Assembly (NCBI GenBank): GCA_964188305.1
Contig: OZ076892.1
Direction: 5' to 3' (one strand)
Length of the DNA: 64,000 bases
From: Podarcis bocagei
Taxonomy: Eukaryota
Of this stretch, positions 36,701 through 48,100 are shown one piece after another. Under the pieces are notes generated by a model. It was not told where the DNA came from, searched no databases, and saw nothing but the letters and a program-made list of their open reading frames with translations. The translations under genes and the position numbers were made by a program. The first letter of the stretch is position 1. The number at the start of each line of letters is the position of its first letter.

Positions 36701-39700
36701 CTCGTGATTCTTCATCAGTGTGTTGATCTGTCCATTCTTCCTCTCCTCAATCTCATGGATTTCAGTTTTCCTGCGCAAGTCTAGCTCGTCGCGTAGGACC
36801 CGCATCTTCTTCTCATACTTGGCCTCGATCTCTGGGGAAGCAGCACCCAGGGCAGACTGAGTGCTCTACTAGGCAAAAAAGTGACAAGGCTATGCATGCC
36901 TCTATCTGTGGGCTGTTCCTCTATGCTGTGTGGAAGAGGAGATGGGGCAAAGTGTTCTCCAGCTCCAACAAGAGGGTGAAGCAAGACTCTAGGCTGACTG
37001 GAAAATGTTGTCACCCAAAGGCACTGGAGGTGCTCAGACTATATACAAACAACTCTGAGCAAAGGATGGGCCCATGGAGCCTGGCATTCTACAAAGCTCC
37101 CGGCAGAGATGGAATACATAGAAGGCCTAGCAAATGGCACTTCTGTGCCTAGCTATTTTGACACATTTAATTTGTTGAGGAGCTTAGAACTGCTGTCAAG
37201 TTCCACCTTATAATGCATGTGGCATTTCAAGTAAGCCTCAGGCCCTGCCCTCGGAATGACTGCAAAACAGACAGGAGCTGGTATGCAAGACAGGTCCTAC
37301 GCAAATCTGTGCTCTCTATCAAGCTGCTACTTAGCCTCAATTACACACAACATAGAGCGGACTCATGAGATGGGCTTTACACACCATTGCTACAAAGTCA
37401 CACACATACACCTTCCAGAAAAGTGAGACTGTGCCATAAGGAAGCAGCTCCCTTGTCACTGCATGTGTGAGAGAAAGGGCGCCCAAGGGACGAAGTGACA
37501 CTGTGGCCCACTGATCCTTCCTTGGGCACAAAGATAGCCTTCCCTTCCAAACCCAAACCCTTCAGCTTTTGGTGGCGAGCCCCAGAACTGACCTTTCACC
37601 TGCCTCTCAAAGTCATTGCGCAATCGTGTTATGTCTTCTTGTTGTTTCTGCCAAGATGATGAAACTGGTTAGTGACAGATGTTGCGTATACTCCTCCCTA
37701 GCTCAGAAGCAAAGCTAAGGCTGGTTTGCTCTGGAGGAACAACTGAGGTTTAAGAACCACCACCCCTCTCTTCCCACCCGCACACCATGCACTCAGCAGA
37801 AGTTGGCCTGAGCCCAGCCCAGCAGCCAAGTCCGGCATCACTTTAGACATACCAGCCGAAGGTTCTTCACCACCATCTCGTTGGACAGCTCCTGCTCCTT
37901 CAGCTCCACCTTCAAGGTGCGCATGTCCTTACGCAGTTCCATCTCCTGGGACCGGTGATCCTTCTGGGCCAGCTTCATAGACACTGTGCTCTCTGCCTTT
38001 AGCTCTGTGATGTTGTTCTGGTGCTCGTACAGCAGGTGCTTCACCTTCTGCTTGTAAACCTGAGACAAAAGGAAGATGAGGCAAGCGTTAGGCCCTCATC
38101 AGCCAAGGTACTCTCTTTTGCAGAGGCCTGAGTAAATGAGAGGTACTTGTGGCTACTCAGGGGAAGGGGATGGAAGTCAGTTGAGGTGCCCCAGCCAGGG
38201 GTGCCAGACCAACCAAGCTGGTGACCAACTCTGCCTGCAGTGCTGTGGCTCCAAGTTCATCAAGTACCAGGAAGTGAAGAAGATTCAGGAGCATGTGAGC
38301 CTCTATGTCTTTATGCCAAAATAACAGACCCTTCCAATGCCATAGCCATTTCCTCACTTTCCATCCACAACATTGCGGGGCTGCCCAAGCCAATATCTAG
38401 CTGCTCAACCACAAGTGGAGGCACCATGGGTCAATGGTTGCAGAGAGCATGTTTCACAGGCAAAAGGTCCCTAGTAAAAGGTTGTTGGGTTAGTACCAAT
38501 GGGAAATGTTTTATTTTACTTAAATACATACTCCATACAAAGCAGCTCATGTTTTTATCACTCACCTGTTAGGGATGCTAGCTGTGATTCCTGCACTGCA
38601 GGGGGTTGAACTATATAACCCTTGGAATTCCTTCCAGCTCTACAATTCTGTGATCTGTGAAGTCCACAGGCTCTTACCTTGATCTCCACCTGGTGACGCT
38701 CTTCGGCTTCCTCCATCTCACGGTCCTTGTTTCGTAGTTCAGCCTTCTTCTCATCCAGCTGCCGCCGAGTGATCTCCCAGAAAGTGTGGATCTTGTCTCG
38801 CTCCAGCTGGAAGTAGTTGCGTTCTTCCCGCTCACGGTCCAGCTCCTCCCGGATGCGGCCCATGTGTTCCTCCAGCTGCAAAGCCAAGAAGAGGGTCAGC
38901 CAACAGTCGGGCTGGAGCCGAGAGGAAGGACTGGGAGCCCACCATCGCCACTACTGGCACTGTGCCTTTTCTGACAGTGAATTCCAAAGCTTTTACTTTT
39001 TCTTTTCAAGCCAAGGTTTTCCTGTGAACTGGCATGGGAAGCATGGCTAATTTCGGAAAGGGTGCAACTGTTTCATTTCAGAATGCATGATAAATAGGTG
39101 AATGAATTATCTGGTTAGAGAGAGGCTTGGCTGCATGAGTCTGTTGCTCTCTGGAAGTGGCTAAATCAGCTTAGAATGTTTAGGGCAGTCTTTGCCAACC
39201 TGGTACCTTCCAAATGTGCTGGTTGTCATCTACCATCAGCTACACTGATGGGTTTGCTGGCTGGGGTTAATGGGAGATGCAGCCCAAAACACCTGGAAGG
39301 CATCAGGATGGCAAAGGCTGTTCCTGTGCAATATTCTCACAATACCTGTACCCAAAAAGTAAAATGGAACTGTGAGCTTAGCTATATTTGCTACCCTATG
39401 GAATGCAGAAGGATGTAGTAAGGAACAACATGGACCCCTGGCAAAATAGTGGCTTCTCCCAATGCTGGTCCTCAGTGCTGTAGTGAAGTGTCAGAGGGAT
39501 GGAAAGAGTGTACCTGCAACAAGCCAGCTGAGGGACTGCATGACTCACACTTGGTCTTACTCCTAGCCAGGAAGGTCGGAGATAATGAGGGTAGGCCAAT
39601 CACCCCATACATCACTCCACCCCAAAATGAGAGACACCTTGACCATTCTCTAATGTGATACAGGCCAGGGGTGGGAAACATGAGTGGCCTGCAGGGTGTT

Positions 39701-40519
39701 GCTGGACTACAACTCCCCTCGTCCTGGGGCTGCTAGGAAATGGAGTCCCCTAAATAACTCTAGGTTGATTGGCTTCCCTCTTGTTGGCAAGAAACCACTT
39801 TGCATTGTAGTTTCTATTTCCCATCCACACATTTTTAAGAATATACCCTCTCTGTTGCCACTGCAAAGTGACCCCCTTCTCACCTGCTCTTTGGTCATGC
39901 CCTCCGGGGAGACAACATCCACCACAGGGCTTTTTGCACCTTTCTTCTTGCCACCTTTCTTTTCTCCTTTCTTTTTGGGAGCCTGAACAAACGTGGTAGT
40001 GGGGGAGAGGACAAGAGAGGAGAAGAGAGCATCTTCAGTGTGATGGATGAAGTGGGGAGCCAAAGGAAGGACAGAGGCTGTGAATTCATGCTGATAACCC
40101 ATTTGGGCAATGATGAAGTGCCGTTTTCTCTAGGAAGGGGATCCACGCATCCCTCCCTCTCTCCAAAGGACAAATGGGTTCTGGCTGCCAGCACCTACTT
40201 GCCTGTGCAATTGCTCCATGGCGTTGAAGAGGCACACTTGTAAAATAGGAGTTGGTGGTGGTGGTGAGAGCAGTGCTTACCAGGGCTCAAGGCTTATATT
40301 TGGGCTTACTCTTGGCACGCGTAAGGAAGAGTGACGAAGGAATGAGTGCCCCTGAGCATGTGCAGAGTTCGGTCTGTCGCTGAGCACGTCCAGCCCCCGC
40401 GCTTCTGGGGTGGAGGGTCGGGGCCTCTTGGCGGGCAGGAGCCCCAGCACCGCCCAGGTTTTGGGGTAGCCCCCCGGGGCCCCCTCATTGCAAGCGCGCC
40501 CCACTTCCGGCCTCACCAT
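29112..40519 (-). CDS. GAS8: Growth arrest-specific 8 / dynein regulatory complex subunit 4, complete, 482 aa
   Basis: Coding exons: ATG only at 40519-40517 (GCCACCATG|gtgagg), 39982-39884, 38875-38678, 38059-37853, 37647-37593, 36831-36626, 36035-35868, 35076-34990, 33141-32932, 30429-30364, 29261-29112 (TAG). All GT-AG and phase-compatible. Diagnostic peptides MAPKKKG…, [28 protein letters not shown]. Confidence 0.97.
29476..29983. mobile_element. Non-autonomous hAT (Charlie-like) element, 508 bp, with GC-rich cargo, in GAS8 intron 10
   Basis: TIRs CAGTGTTTCCCAA…TTGGGAAACACTG, perfect 8-bp TSD GCTTAGAA (29468-29475, 29984-29991), repeated subterminal GGCACAC. Confidence 0.92.
32238..32467. 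mobile_element. Tc1/mariner (Tigger-like) MITE, same family as 1096-1321
   Basis: TA|CAGTGGTACCTTGGGTTA … TAACCTGAGGTACTACTG|TA; internal sequence is collinear with the 1096 copy. Confidence 0.8.
33764..33802. repeat. (TG)n microsatellite
   Basis: Direct reading. Others at about 47535-47575 (TG/TGCG) and 51244-51269 (CA). Confidence 0.95.
34341..34570 (+). mobile_element. CR1 LINE 3' end
   Basis: Typical CR1 3' sequence ending in (ATTCTATG)n. Related tail fragments at about 9084-9150, 16655-16718 and 38575-38655. Confidence 0.85.
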
Positions 40520-40720
40520 GGTGGCGACTGAGTCCCCTCTCCGGCTGCTGCCCAGGCTCGGAGTCGCCGCGTCTCCGAGCAACCGCCGCCCCGGCCTCGC
40601 GAGAGTTTCGGCTCCGCCGGGCCCGCCCCTGGCAACGGGCCCCAGCCCTAGCAACGGAGGCCCAGAAGCCCCACCCCTTGCCCGTTGTCAGCCTCATCCT
40701 CGCTTGCAGCCTTTGGAAGC
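40380..40720 (-). promoter_or_regulatory. GAS8 CpG-island promoter with RFX X-box-like motifs
   Basis: CpG-rich. GTCTCCGAGCAAC at 40571-40583, CTGGCAAC 40629-40636 and CTAGCAAC 40648-40655 lie upstream of the ATG. RFX control is typical of motile-cilia genes. Confidence 0.65.
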
Positions 40721-43389
40721 TGAACTGCTCCTTCTTCTGACTTGGGAGTAAGCCCTATGGGACTCTATGGGACTTCTAGGGCTGGGAAATGGTGGAGGCA
40801 GACCTTGCCAGTGATGCAGCAAAGCAAGGAAGGCTTATGACTCAATTGGCTACGACGACGACAATAGCAATAAGAATTCATTGAGGTCTAGTAAGGGCAG
40901 CTGCCCACCGCCGCCGCCACCTCTGCGGGTTTCCTTGCAGTTTCAGGTGGTGAGCTCTGTGGGAGCAGGGAAGCTGCCTTCGCCGCCTGTCCAACCCTAC
41001 AAGGCACCATGGAAGATGCACAGTATGCATAAATGTATAAACAAGCAAGCAAGCAAGTCGTTTTTATTGCTTTTAATCACAGTCCATTGCAACAAAATAC
41101 AGTGACAGGAATAGGACAAGTATCAAAACATTAGAGGTTTAGATCAAGGAATTACCTGGACCATTTGCAGATGCTTATTGAAAATATTTGCCCATTGCTA
41201 ATTTTGCTGCAACTGTGCTTTAGAACTAGGGGACCTCCTGGTAGTGTTGTCTCCTGGTTGCGTTGCCTTTATCCACTGACTATGTGTGACTGGGGCTGAT
41301 GGGAGCTGGAATACTGAAACATTTGGAGGGCTACAGATTCCTCATCCCTGCCTTATGCCCCCACACCCTCTTGAGTAACCATCAATTTGAGTCTGGGATG
41401 CTGGAGCTCAGCCCAGAAAAATGTCCACTGAGAACAAGGAAAATGCCTCTGGGTATGTGCAGAGCACATTTCTTTAACCACTAGGTAACCTGTTTCTCAG
41501 TCGCAATCTGAGATTAGGAGGGGCTATCACCAAACTGGTGGTAGGGGGAATCAGGAGGAGGAGCAGAAAGTGTCTAAGCCAGGAAACAGGATGATGAGTG
41601 ATTTAGGCAGAGGCAATGAGAGGAGAGGCAGGTGGAGTCCAATTACAGGCCTCCTCAGCTTTGCCTGCTGAGCTCTGGAAGTTTGTTTTAACTCCAAGGG
41701 TGAAACAATGGCCTCACATTTGGCCTTGACCCCAAGGGCCTTGTGTTAATTACCCAGAAGCCCCATCCTCTACCTAATTGCTTGGTTGCACAGGCTAAGA
41801 GGCTCTGTCCACCTGTGCACCCCTAGCCCACTGGGGGGGGTGTTTGTCTGTCATGGCATTGTTCCCTCTGGTACTGATGGTAGAAGCTATTTGTGTCCTG
41901 TACACAGGATGGACCACTTGGACCTCCCCAGAGAGGCCAGGAACATGCAGCTCCTGCATTAGCCAACCTTTCCAAACCTGGATTAAAGCTCCCATCACCT
42001 CCAGCCAGCAGAGCTGCAGGATGCTGGGGGTGATGGGAGCACAGCTGTGCTGGCTGGAGTTGACAGGAGTTGCAGGTCAAAATATCTAGAGGATCCAAGC
42101 TGGGGGAGGCTGGTCTTGACCCTAAGCGAGTAACATTTCTTGAGATTCATGTGGTGAGAAGGAAGGAAACGGGTAAGCAAGCAAAGTGACCCCACCAGTG
42201 AAAAAGGGTGGCCTGCTGCTTCACACAGCTATGTGGAGAGCACTTCTGACAGTGTGCAGAGTGCACCTGCAGGGCCAACTAATCAACCATTATTTTATTG
42301 AGTTATTTGATTTGTATTTATTCTATGGTGGGACTAAAGGATTTCTGACAGAGGCTGGATTCCAGGAAACATTGGGACCCACTTGCCTAGCTTAGGATGC
42401 TCTGCATTGCCTGTGGCACATTGATTCCCACTATTCGCTTCCACCCTGAGCCTGCTAGAGCAGTGTTTAGACTTCTGCCTTCTGCTTCGGTCCTGCATGG
42501 ATACCTTGTTCCAGGAAGACAACAGCCAGGGGGTTTCTCCTGTTGGCATTGCTTAATTGGGGCTTTCCGCTTGGATTTGCGCCTGGATCTGTTTTTAGAA
42601 GCTCTTGCTTGGGGGTGGGATGGAGTAGAGTGGGGTGGGAGAAAGAAAATGGAGGTTTTGTAGCCAGAGACTGGAATAAAAGCCTAGTGCAGCTCAGCTG
42701 GCAGAGATGCCAGCTTCTCTCCACTCCCCGCTGGGGACATGGGAGGTGCAAAGCGCGACTGATGAGAAAGAAGCTTCTCTGTGGCTCCTCCAGGAAAAAA
42801 AAGAAAAGTAAATCTCCATCTGGGCTTGCTGGTTCCCCAGGGATACTGAGCCTGGTGGGAGACAGACGGTTCTTAATGTCTACACAGAGAAGTGGTGCTG
42901 TCCTAGGGAGCCCAAAGATTTATTGGGGGTGCAGTAAATTCGTAATAGGAGCCTTGCTGGATGAGACCAAAGGCTCATCTACTCCCACATCCTGTTCTCA
43001 CAGTGGCCAGCCAGGTGTCCCAATGGGAAGCCCAGAAGTGGAACATAAGTACAACAGGAGCTGTCTCCCCACCTGTGACTCCTATCAGCTGCATCTGATC
43101 CTGTACACGGCCGCCATCATCAGCAGTCCTGGACAGCCTTATTCTCTATGAATTTCTTGCAGTGCTCAGTCTGATGCCCACCAGGCACCATCCTCGTTCC
43201 ACCCTCAAACCCACAACTCCCAGTCCTCCTCTGCTGTTGCCCCACCCAGCAACTGAAATGCTCTGGTAGACTGTCCCTGAAACTGGAGGTTTTTCCTTCT
43301 TAGCAACAGACTTCCCCATAAGAATGTCAAAACAAGGCTATGGTTCTGGGTCAGACTAAGGGCTGTGTTGCTTCCGGGGTCCTCACAAG

Positions 43390-45130
43390 AAAGGAGTGAA
43401 GGCCGCGCAGCGCCCTCTCCCCGCCTCTCTGTCTCTGATCCTCCCTGGCCCTGGGTCCCGCGGGCCCGCTGCAAGCCTGCCACCCAGAAGGTCCCTTCCC
43501 CTGACTTCAGCGGGATGCGGATTGCGCCGGGAACTCTGCACGTGCTCAGGGGCGCTCGCCTTTTCGACGTTCCAGGGCTCCGATTTCGCGAGGCGGTCGG
43601 GGAAGGTTCCGGAGGGAGCCGAACGCCCAAGTCAGCCCAGCAGCCCGCTGGGTGAGCCGGTGGTGTGCGGAGCGGCGGGCGGGCCACTCGCTCGCTGGCG
43701 CGGCCGCCTCCCGCGCACCCCGCCCCCTCCCCCTCCCCTCGGCCAGTGCCTAGCGGCGCTCCTCGACGGCCGAGGTGGGGGGCTGCCGCGGCCGCCGCTG
43801 CTCTGCTGCGCCTGCCTTCCTGCCTCGCCCCCCGCCCGAACCGGCCGGCCGGGCCCACTCCTGCTCCTCCCCGGCGATGAGCGCTCGGGCTGCTGGCGCG
43901 GCTGGTGCAGTGACCAGAGCGGCGCGCACGGAGGCGGCGACGGCTCGTCAGGCGGAGGAGCGCACGAACGCAGCGGCTGCAGCAGCCCGGACGCATGGAG
44001 GGGCCGGGAGGGGCCTCCACCCCGGGTAAGTGTGCCGCTCGCGACGGGGGACGCAGCCCTAGCGGGCGCCCTCGCTCCCTCCCTTGGTGGATCGCTGGAG
44101 CAAGTGGGGCCGCCGCCCCGATGCCGCGGTGAGGGGCACCGTCTCGCCTGCAGCGGGCGCTGCTGCGCAGGAGCTGCCCGGACGGGCAGAAGGGCGCCTC
44201 GGACGCTCCAAGGGGGCAGTTGGACGGGGCCGCCATCCTCTCCCTCCCCGCGCTGGCCAGGAAGGGTCCCCAAGTGGACTGACCAGTTCCCGGCCGCGAA
44301 TCATAGGGATCACCAGGCCGGTGGCTAGGGGGGCATCGCTCTTAGTTGGTGGTGACTCGGGCGGAGGGCGCATTGGGGATCCCCACCGCGCGCCCCCAAC
44401 TTAGGCGAGGCGCCGCGGAGTGTGTCCGCGGAGGATGGATGGGGCGCGCAGTGGGGTGTGACCAGAATGCTCCCGGAGTGGAGTCTGGACCTCTGGGCCG
44501 GGGAGGGTGTGGCTGCCTTGGGCGCGGTGGGGAAGTCGCGTTTGGGCAGGTTTGTCCATTGCCGCTTTGCAAGATGCTCCGGGGTGATGCGTGCTTGGAG
44601 GGACCGATGAAGCTGGCTGCCTTGCGGGGCGCCTGCTTGGCACTTGGGGCTGCAAGTAGCCTGGCCGGCTGCTTTGCGTGGAGCGGGAGGGAGGCAGCAG
44701 CTCCAGGGGTCTTGCCCAGGGCAAGTAGTGTGCGCCCTCTCCACTTTGCTCCAAGCTGGAGAAAGATCTCTTCCCTATCCCTCCTAGAAGCAGGCAGAAG
44801 GTCTCTCAGCTGCCCCAGCTGTGGCACCCCTCGAGGGTATCGTCCCTGTGCCACATCTGGAGCCCAGCAGGCGAGGAAAGGCAGCCCAGCAGCCCGATGC
44901 CCTGACCAGCTTCCCCTGACCAGGCAAGCCTGCGGGCAGGCTGGTTCTCCGCCGCCGGAGGGAAGCGCCTCCTCGCTGCTGCCCTGCCGTTGGGAAGATG
45001 CTGAGATAGGCCAGCATCGGAACCCGCAACGAGGGCCCCCTTGTGCTTCACAAGGGCTCAGGATGAGGCGAGTTGGCCCAGGACCCCGCCGGGCTTTGCT
45101 TGTTTTTCATTATAGGCCTCGCGCAAGAGC
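43390..45130 (+). promoter_or_regulatory. DBNDD1 CpG island / promoter
   Basis: About 1.7 kb of very high GC and CpG content spanning DBNDD1 exon 1. Confidence 0.8.
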
Positions 45131-48100
45131 GCCCTTGAGCATGTGCAGAGTTCTTTCCTCTTTTCGCTGAATAAACTCAATCAGCACCCTCCCCAGGGCT
45201 TGAGCTGCTGATTGATGCGTCTCTTGCCCTTTTACCCCAACTCTCTTTGCCACTAGCAGGGGGCGAGAAGGGGTGCTGAATAATATTGGAGAGATAAAGC
45301 ATGAATTTCATTCAGGCCCCTGCTACCTTCCTCCTCCCCTCACTCCACCCCATACACATTTATGGAAAGGCTTCCATCTCTGACTGGCCTGATTCCTGGC
45401 AGCTCTTGTTTTGAGTATCCGCAGCCAGTGGTTTATTCCCCGTACCAAACGCGCAGCTTCCATCAGTCCAGGCCCGGTGACCTGGAGCGCCTTTCACATA
45501 ATATGAGTCAGCAGCAGTTGTGAGAATCTCCACACGCCCGCCCCCCACTCCTCCAAGCCCCCTTCCTTCAGCTGCAGGAAGGATGCTGGAGGAGGCAGCT
45601 GGGAGAGGAGCTGAGATGATGGGAGTTGAGAGAAGTAGGCAGGCTCCCTCCTTTTTGTGGGGAGGATGTAGATTGGGGAGGGGGATGCAGGGGGAAGGGG
45701 CAACCAGCGCAGAGCAGCTGGGGTGATTTCCCCAGACAGCTCCAGTCCTTCCAACTCAACAGTCACCAGCAAATTCTCCTAATTGGATTCCCTCTCAACA
45801 TTCTCCGTTAGGGATGTTGTCAGATTTAGGAGCCTCAGAAGAAAGATGCAGTTCCTGAATCTGGCAACCAGATGCTTAACATTAATGCCTTATAATGCAT
45901 CGGCATGATTTTAACATTTAAACACGCACACGTTTTCAAACCTGATTCCAAGATCTGGCCAGACGCATTTCATCAGACACCCAGGGATGGCTCTAGTATA
46001 GTTGGAGTTAGCAGAACCTCTCCTGCTGGAGTCCAGCCCTGGGGGGCCGCTTTACATACACAAGGGCTGGCGCAGACCAGCTTCCTATTGGCACAGATAG
46101 GTGAGGAATATATTGAGCAGGAGGAGTCCAGGCATGCATTGGCAGGAGCAGCAAGGAACTTTTCTCTCTCTCTCTCAAGGCAAGGGCCTCCTTCCCTAGG
46201 GTGATCTGTAGGGTTTATATACTGTTGGTCGGCAAAACAGATAACAGCAGTGGGTGGGGCCAGGGTCAAAAATGGGCAGTGAACATCTCCTTTTCTTTCT
46301 CTCCTTGCTATCCATTTTTTCCACTGCTCCCTATTTTCTCTCTCACTTTTAGGCACCCCTTCTTCTCCACCTCTCTCTGTCTCCAGCAGCCCCTTCTCCC
46401 CCTCCCCTGCCTACCACTGTCTCTTTCTGGCACCCTTTGTTCTCTCTGTCTTTTTGACATCCTCCCCCCCTCTCGTCTTTTTCTGACACCCCTCCTCTCT
46501 CTTTCTGACACCCCTCTTCTTGCTTCCTCTCCCTCTCCACCCAGCAGACTGCCAGGGGAGGAACAGATCCCTCTTGTCAGAGGCCTGAACTGATGGCTTG
46601 CAGAGCGTTTTTGCAATGAGCCTGAGAGCCGCAGGTTGTCCCTGCCCCTGCTCTGCAGCCTACATTTCTGACACAGAAGAGGCAACAGAGGGAGGGAAGG
46701 GAGATGGAGACTGGTGGGGTAGATGGGGAAGGATATGCATTCATTTCAGAGGAAGCAGAAGAGATCATAAAAGCAGCAGGCACATGAGAATACAAAACCT
46801 TATCTAAGACTCTTTTGTTAGAGACAGAAACACACTATGAAGGAATGATTTTTGCATTATGGTGCTCCATCGGGGAGCAAGCAGAAATAATATCCTTTAA
46901 CACAGCATCTCCCTTCTTTCCTGCCCCCCACCCCCACAGCAGGAATGATCCAAAAATTTCCTTATTAACACTGCACACCCTCCTTTAGAAAAATAAATCT
47001 GACATTTAGATGTGGCTGTTACTAGTGACCTCCTGAGTCTGGGCTACTGTGTTTGTTTTGAGCCAATCAAAAGCATGTCAGTGATATTTCATAAAGAAAC
47101 CAAGGCTTAATGATGAGTCAATACTGTAAAAAAGAAAAGAGGATCCTGGCAGCTTCTGCTCAGCAAGAAGAGTTGGGGGGAATTGTTGTCCTTTCCCCCC
47201 AGACTGGAATATCATGTGAATCTATATAATAATACACATACACAAGCCAGGAGTTGGTAACTTGGCACCCATGAGCACAATGGCACCCTTGAGGTCTTGC
47301 TTGGGTGTCCACAATGGCTTTTGGCCTACCCACCCCCATTCACTGTCTTATTGTCCATAAATTTGTGGGGGGGGGGTGGTCCTACTTTCTCCCCCTTGAA
47401 AAGTGTGTAGCTATAGCACTAAAGGAGGAAGTTGGAAGAATGTTGCTCTTTCCCACATCCTCTTTCACTTCTATGTGTTTTTCAAGGCTCAGATTACGTA
47501 TTTTATTTAGATCCTTTGGAAAAGCAGAACACACGTGTGTGTGTGTGTGTGTGCGTGTGCGTGCGTGCGTGCGTGCATTTTCACTCTTTCTGTCTCTCGG
47601 GATGGGGGCTGTTCTAGGGAGAGAAGAGATCAGAGGCATTGGCACTCCCTCAAAATTCCAGATGTGCCCAGAAAATGGTTCCCATGCTGGGTTTCAGCTG
47701 CAGAATGAGGAACATGTTCAGCACCTCTGAACATGTGCAGAGTATATTTTGTTTACTACTGGGATGCAGCAAATCCCCAAATACTTAGCTGGTTAAACAT
47801 CTGTCTTAATTTTGTTTAGATCGGTTTTTATTGGTTGTTAAGACGATTTTAAATAGTTGCATTGGTGGCCACTTTACCATGAAAGCAGACTACATATGCA
47901 TGCAGAAAACTAACCAGCAAAATCAACAAACCAATGGGGGTGGGTTTCAAGACAAACCATAGCCCCGGTACTTCTCTTTTCTGGAGGAAAAAAGCATTCC
48001 CTACTGGAGCTGTTTGTAAGGTGGAATCTGCTGATCACCACGAGCTGCTGCAGGTTAAACAGGCAATTCTGACTCAGCAAGGAGTTCTGCAACCTGTAGA

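Noticed and set aside
43205-45170. Long overlapping ORFs (343, 310, 274 aa)
   Set aside because: Low-complexity Arg/Gly/Pro/Ala frames caused by stop-codon scarcity in the DBNDD1 CpG island; only 43995-44025 is coding.
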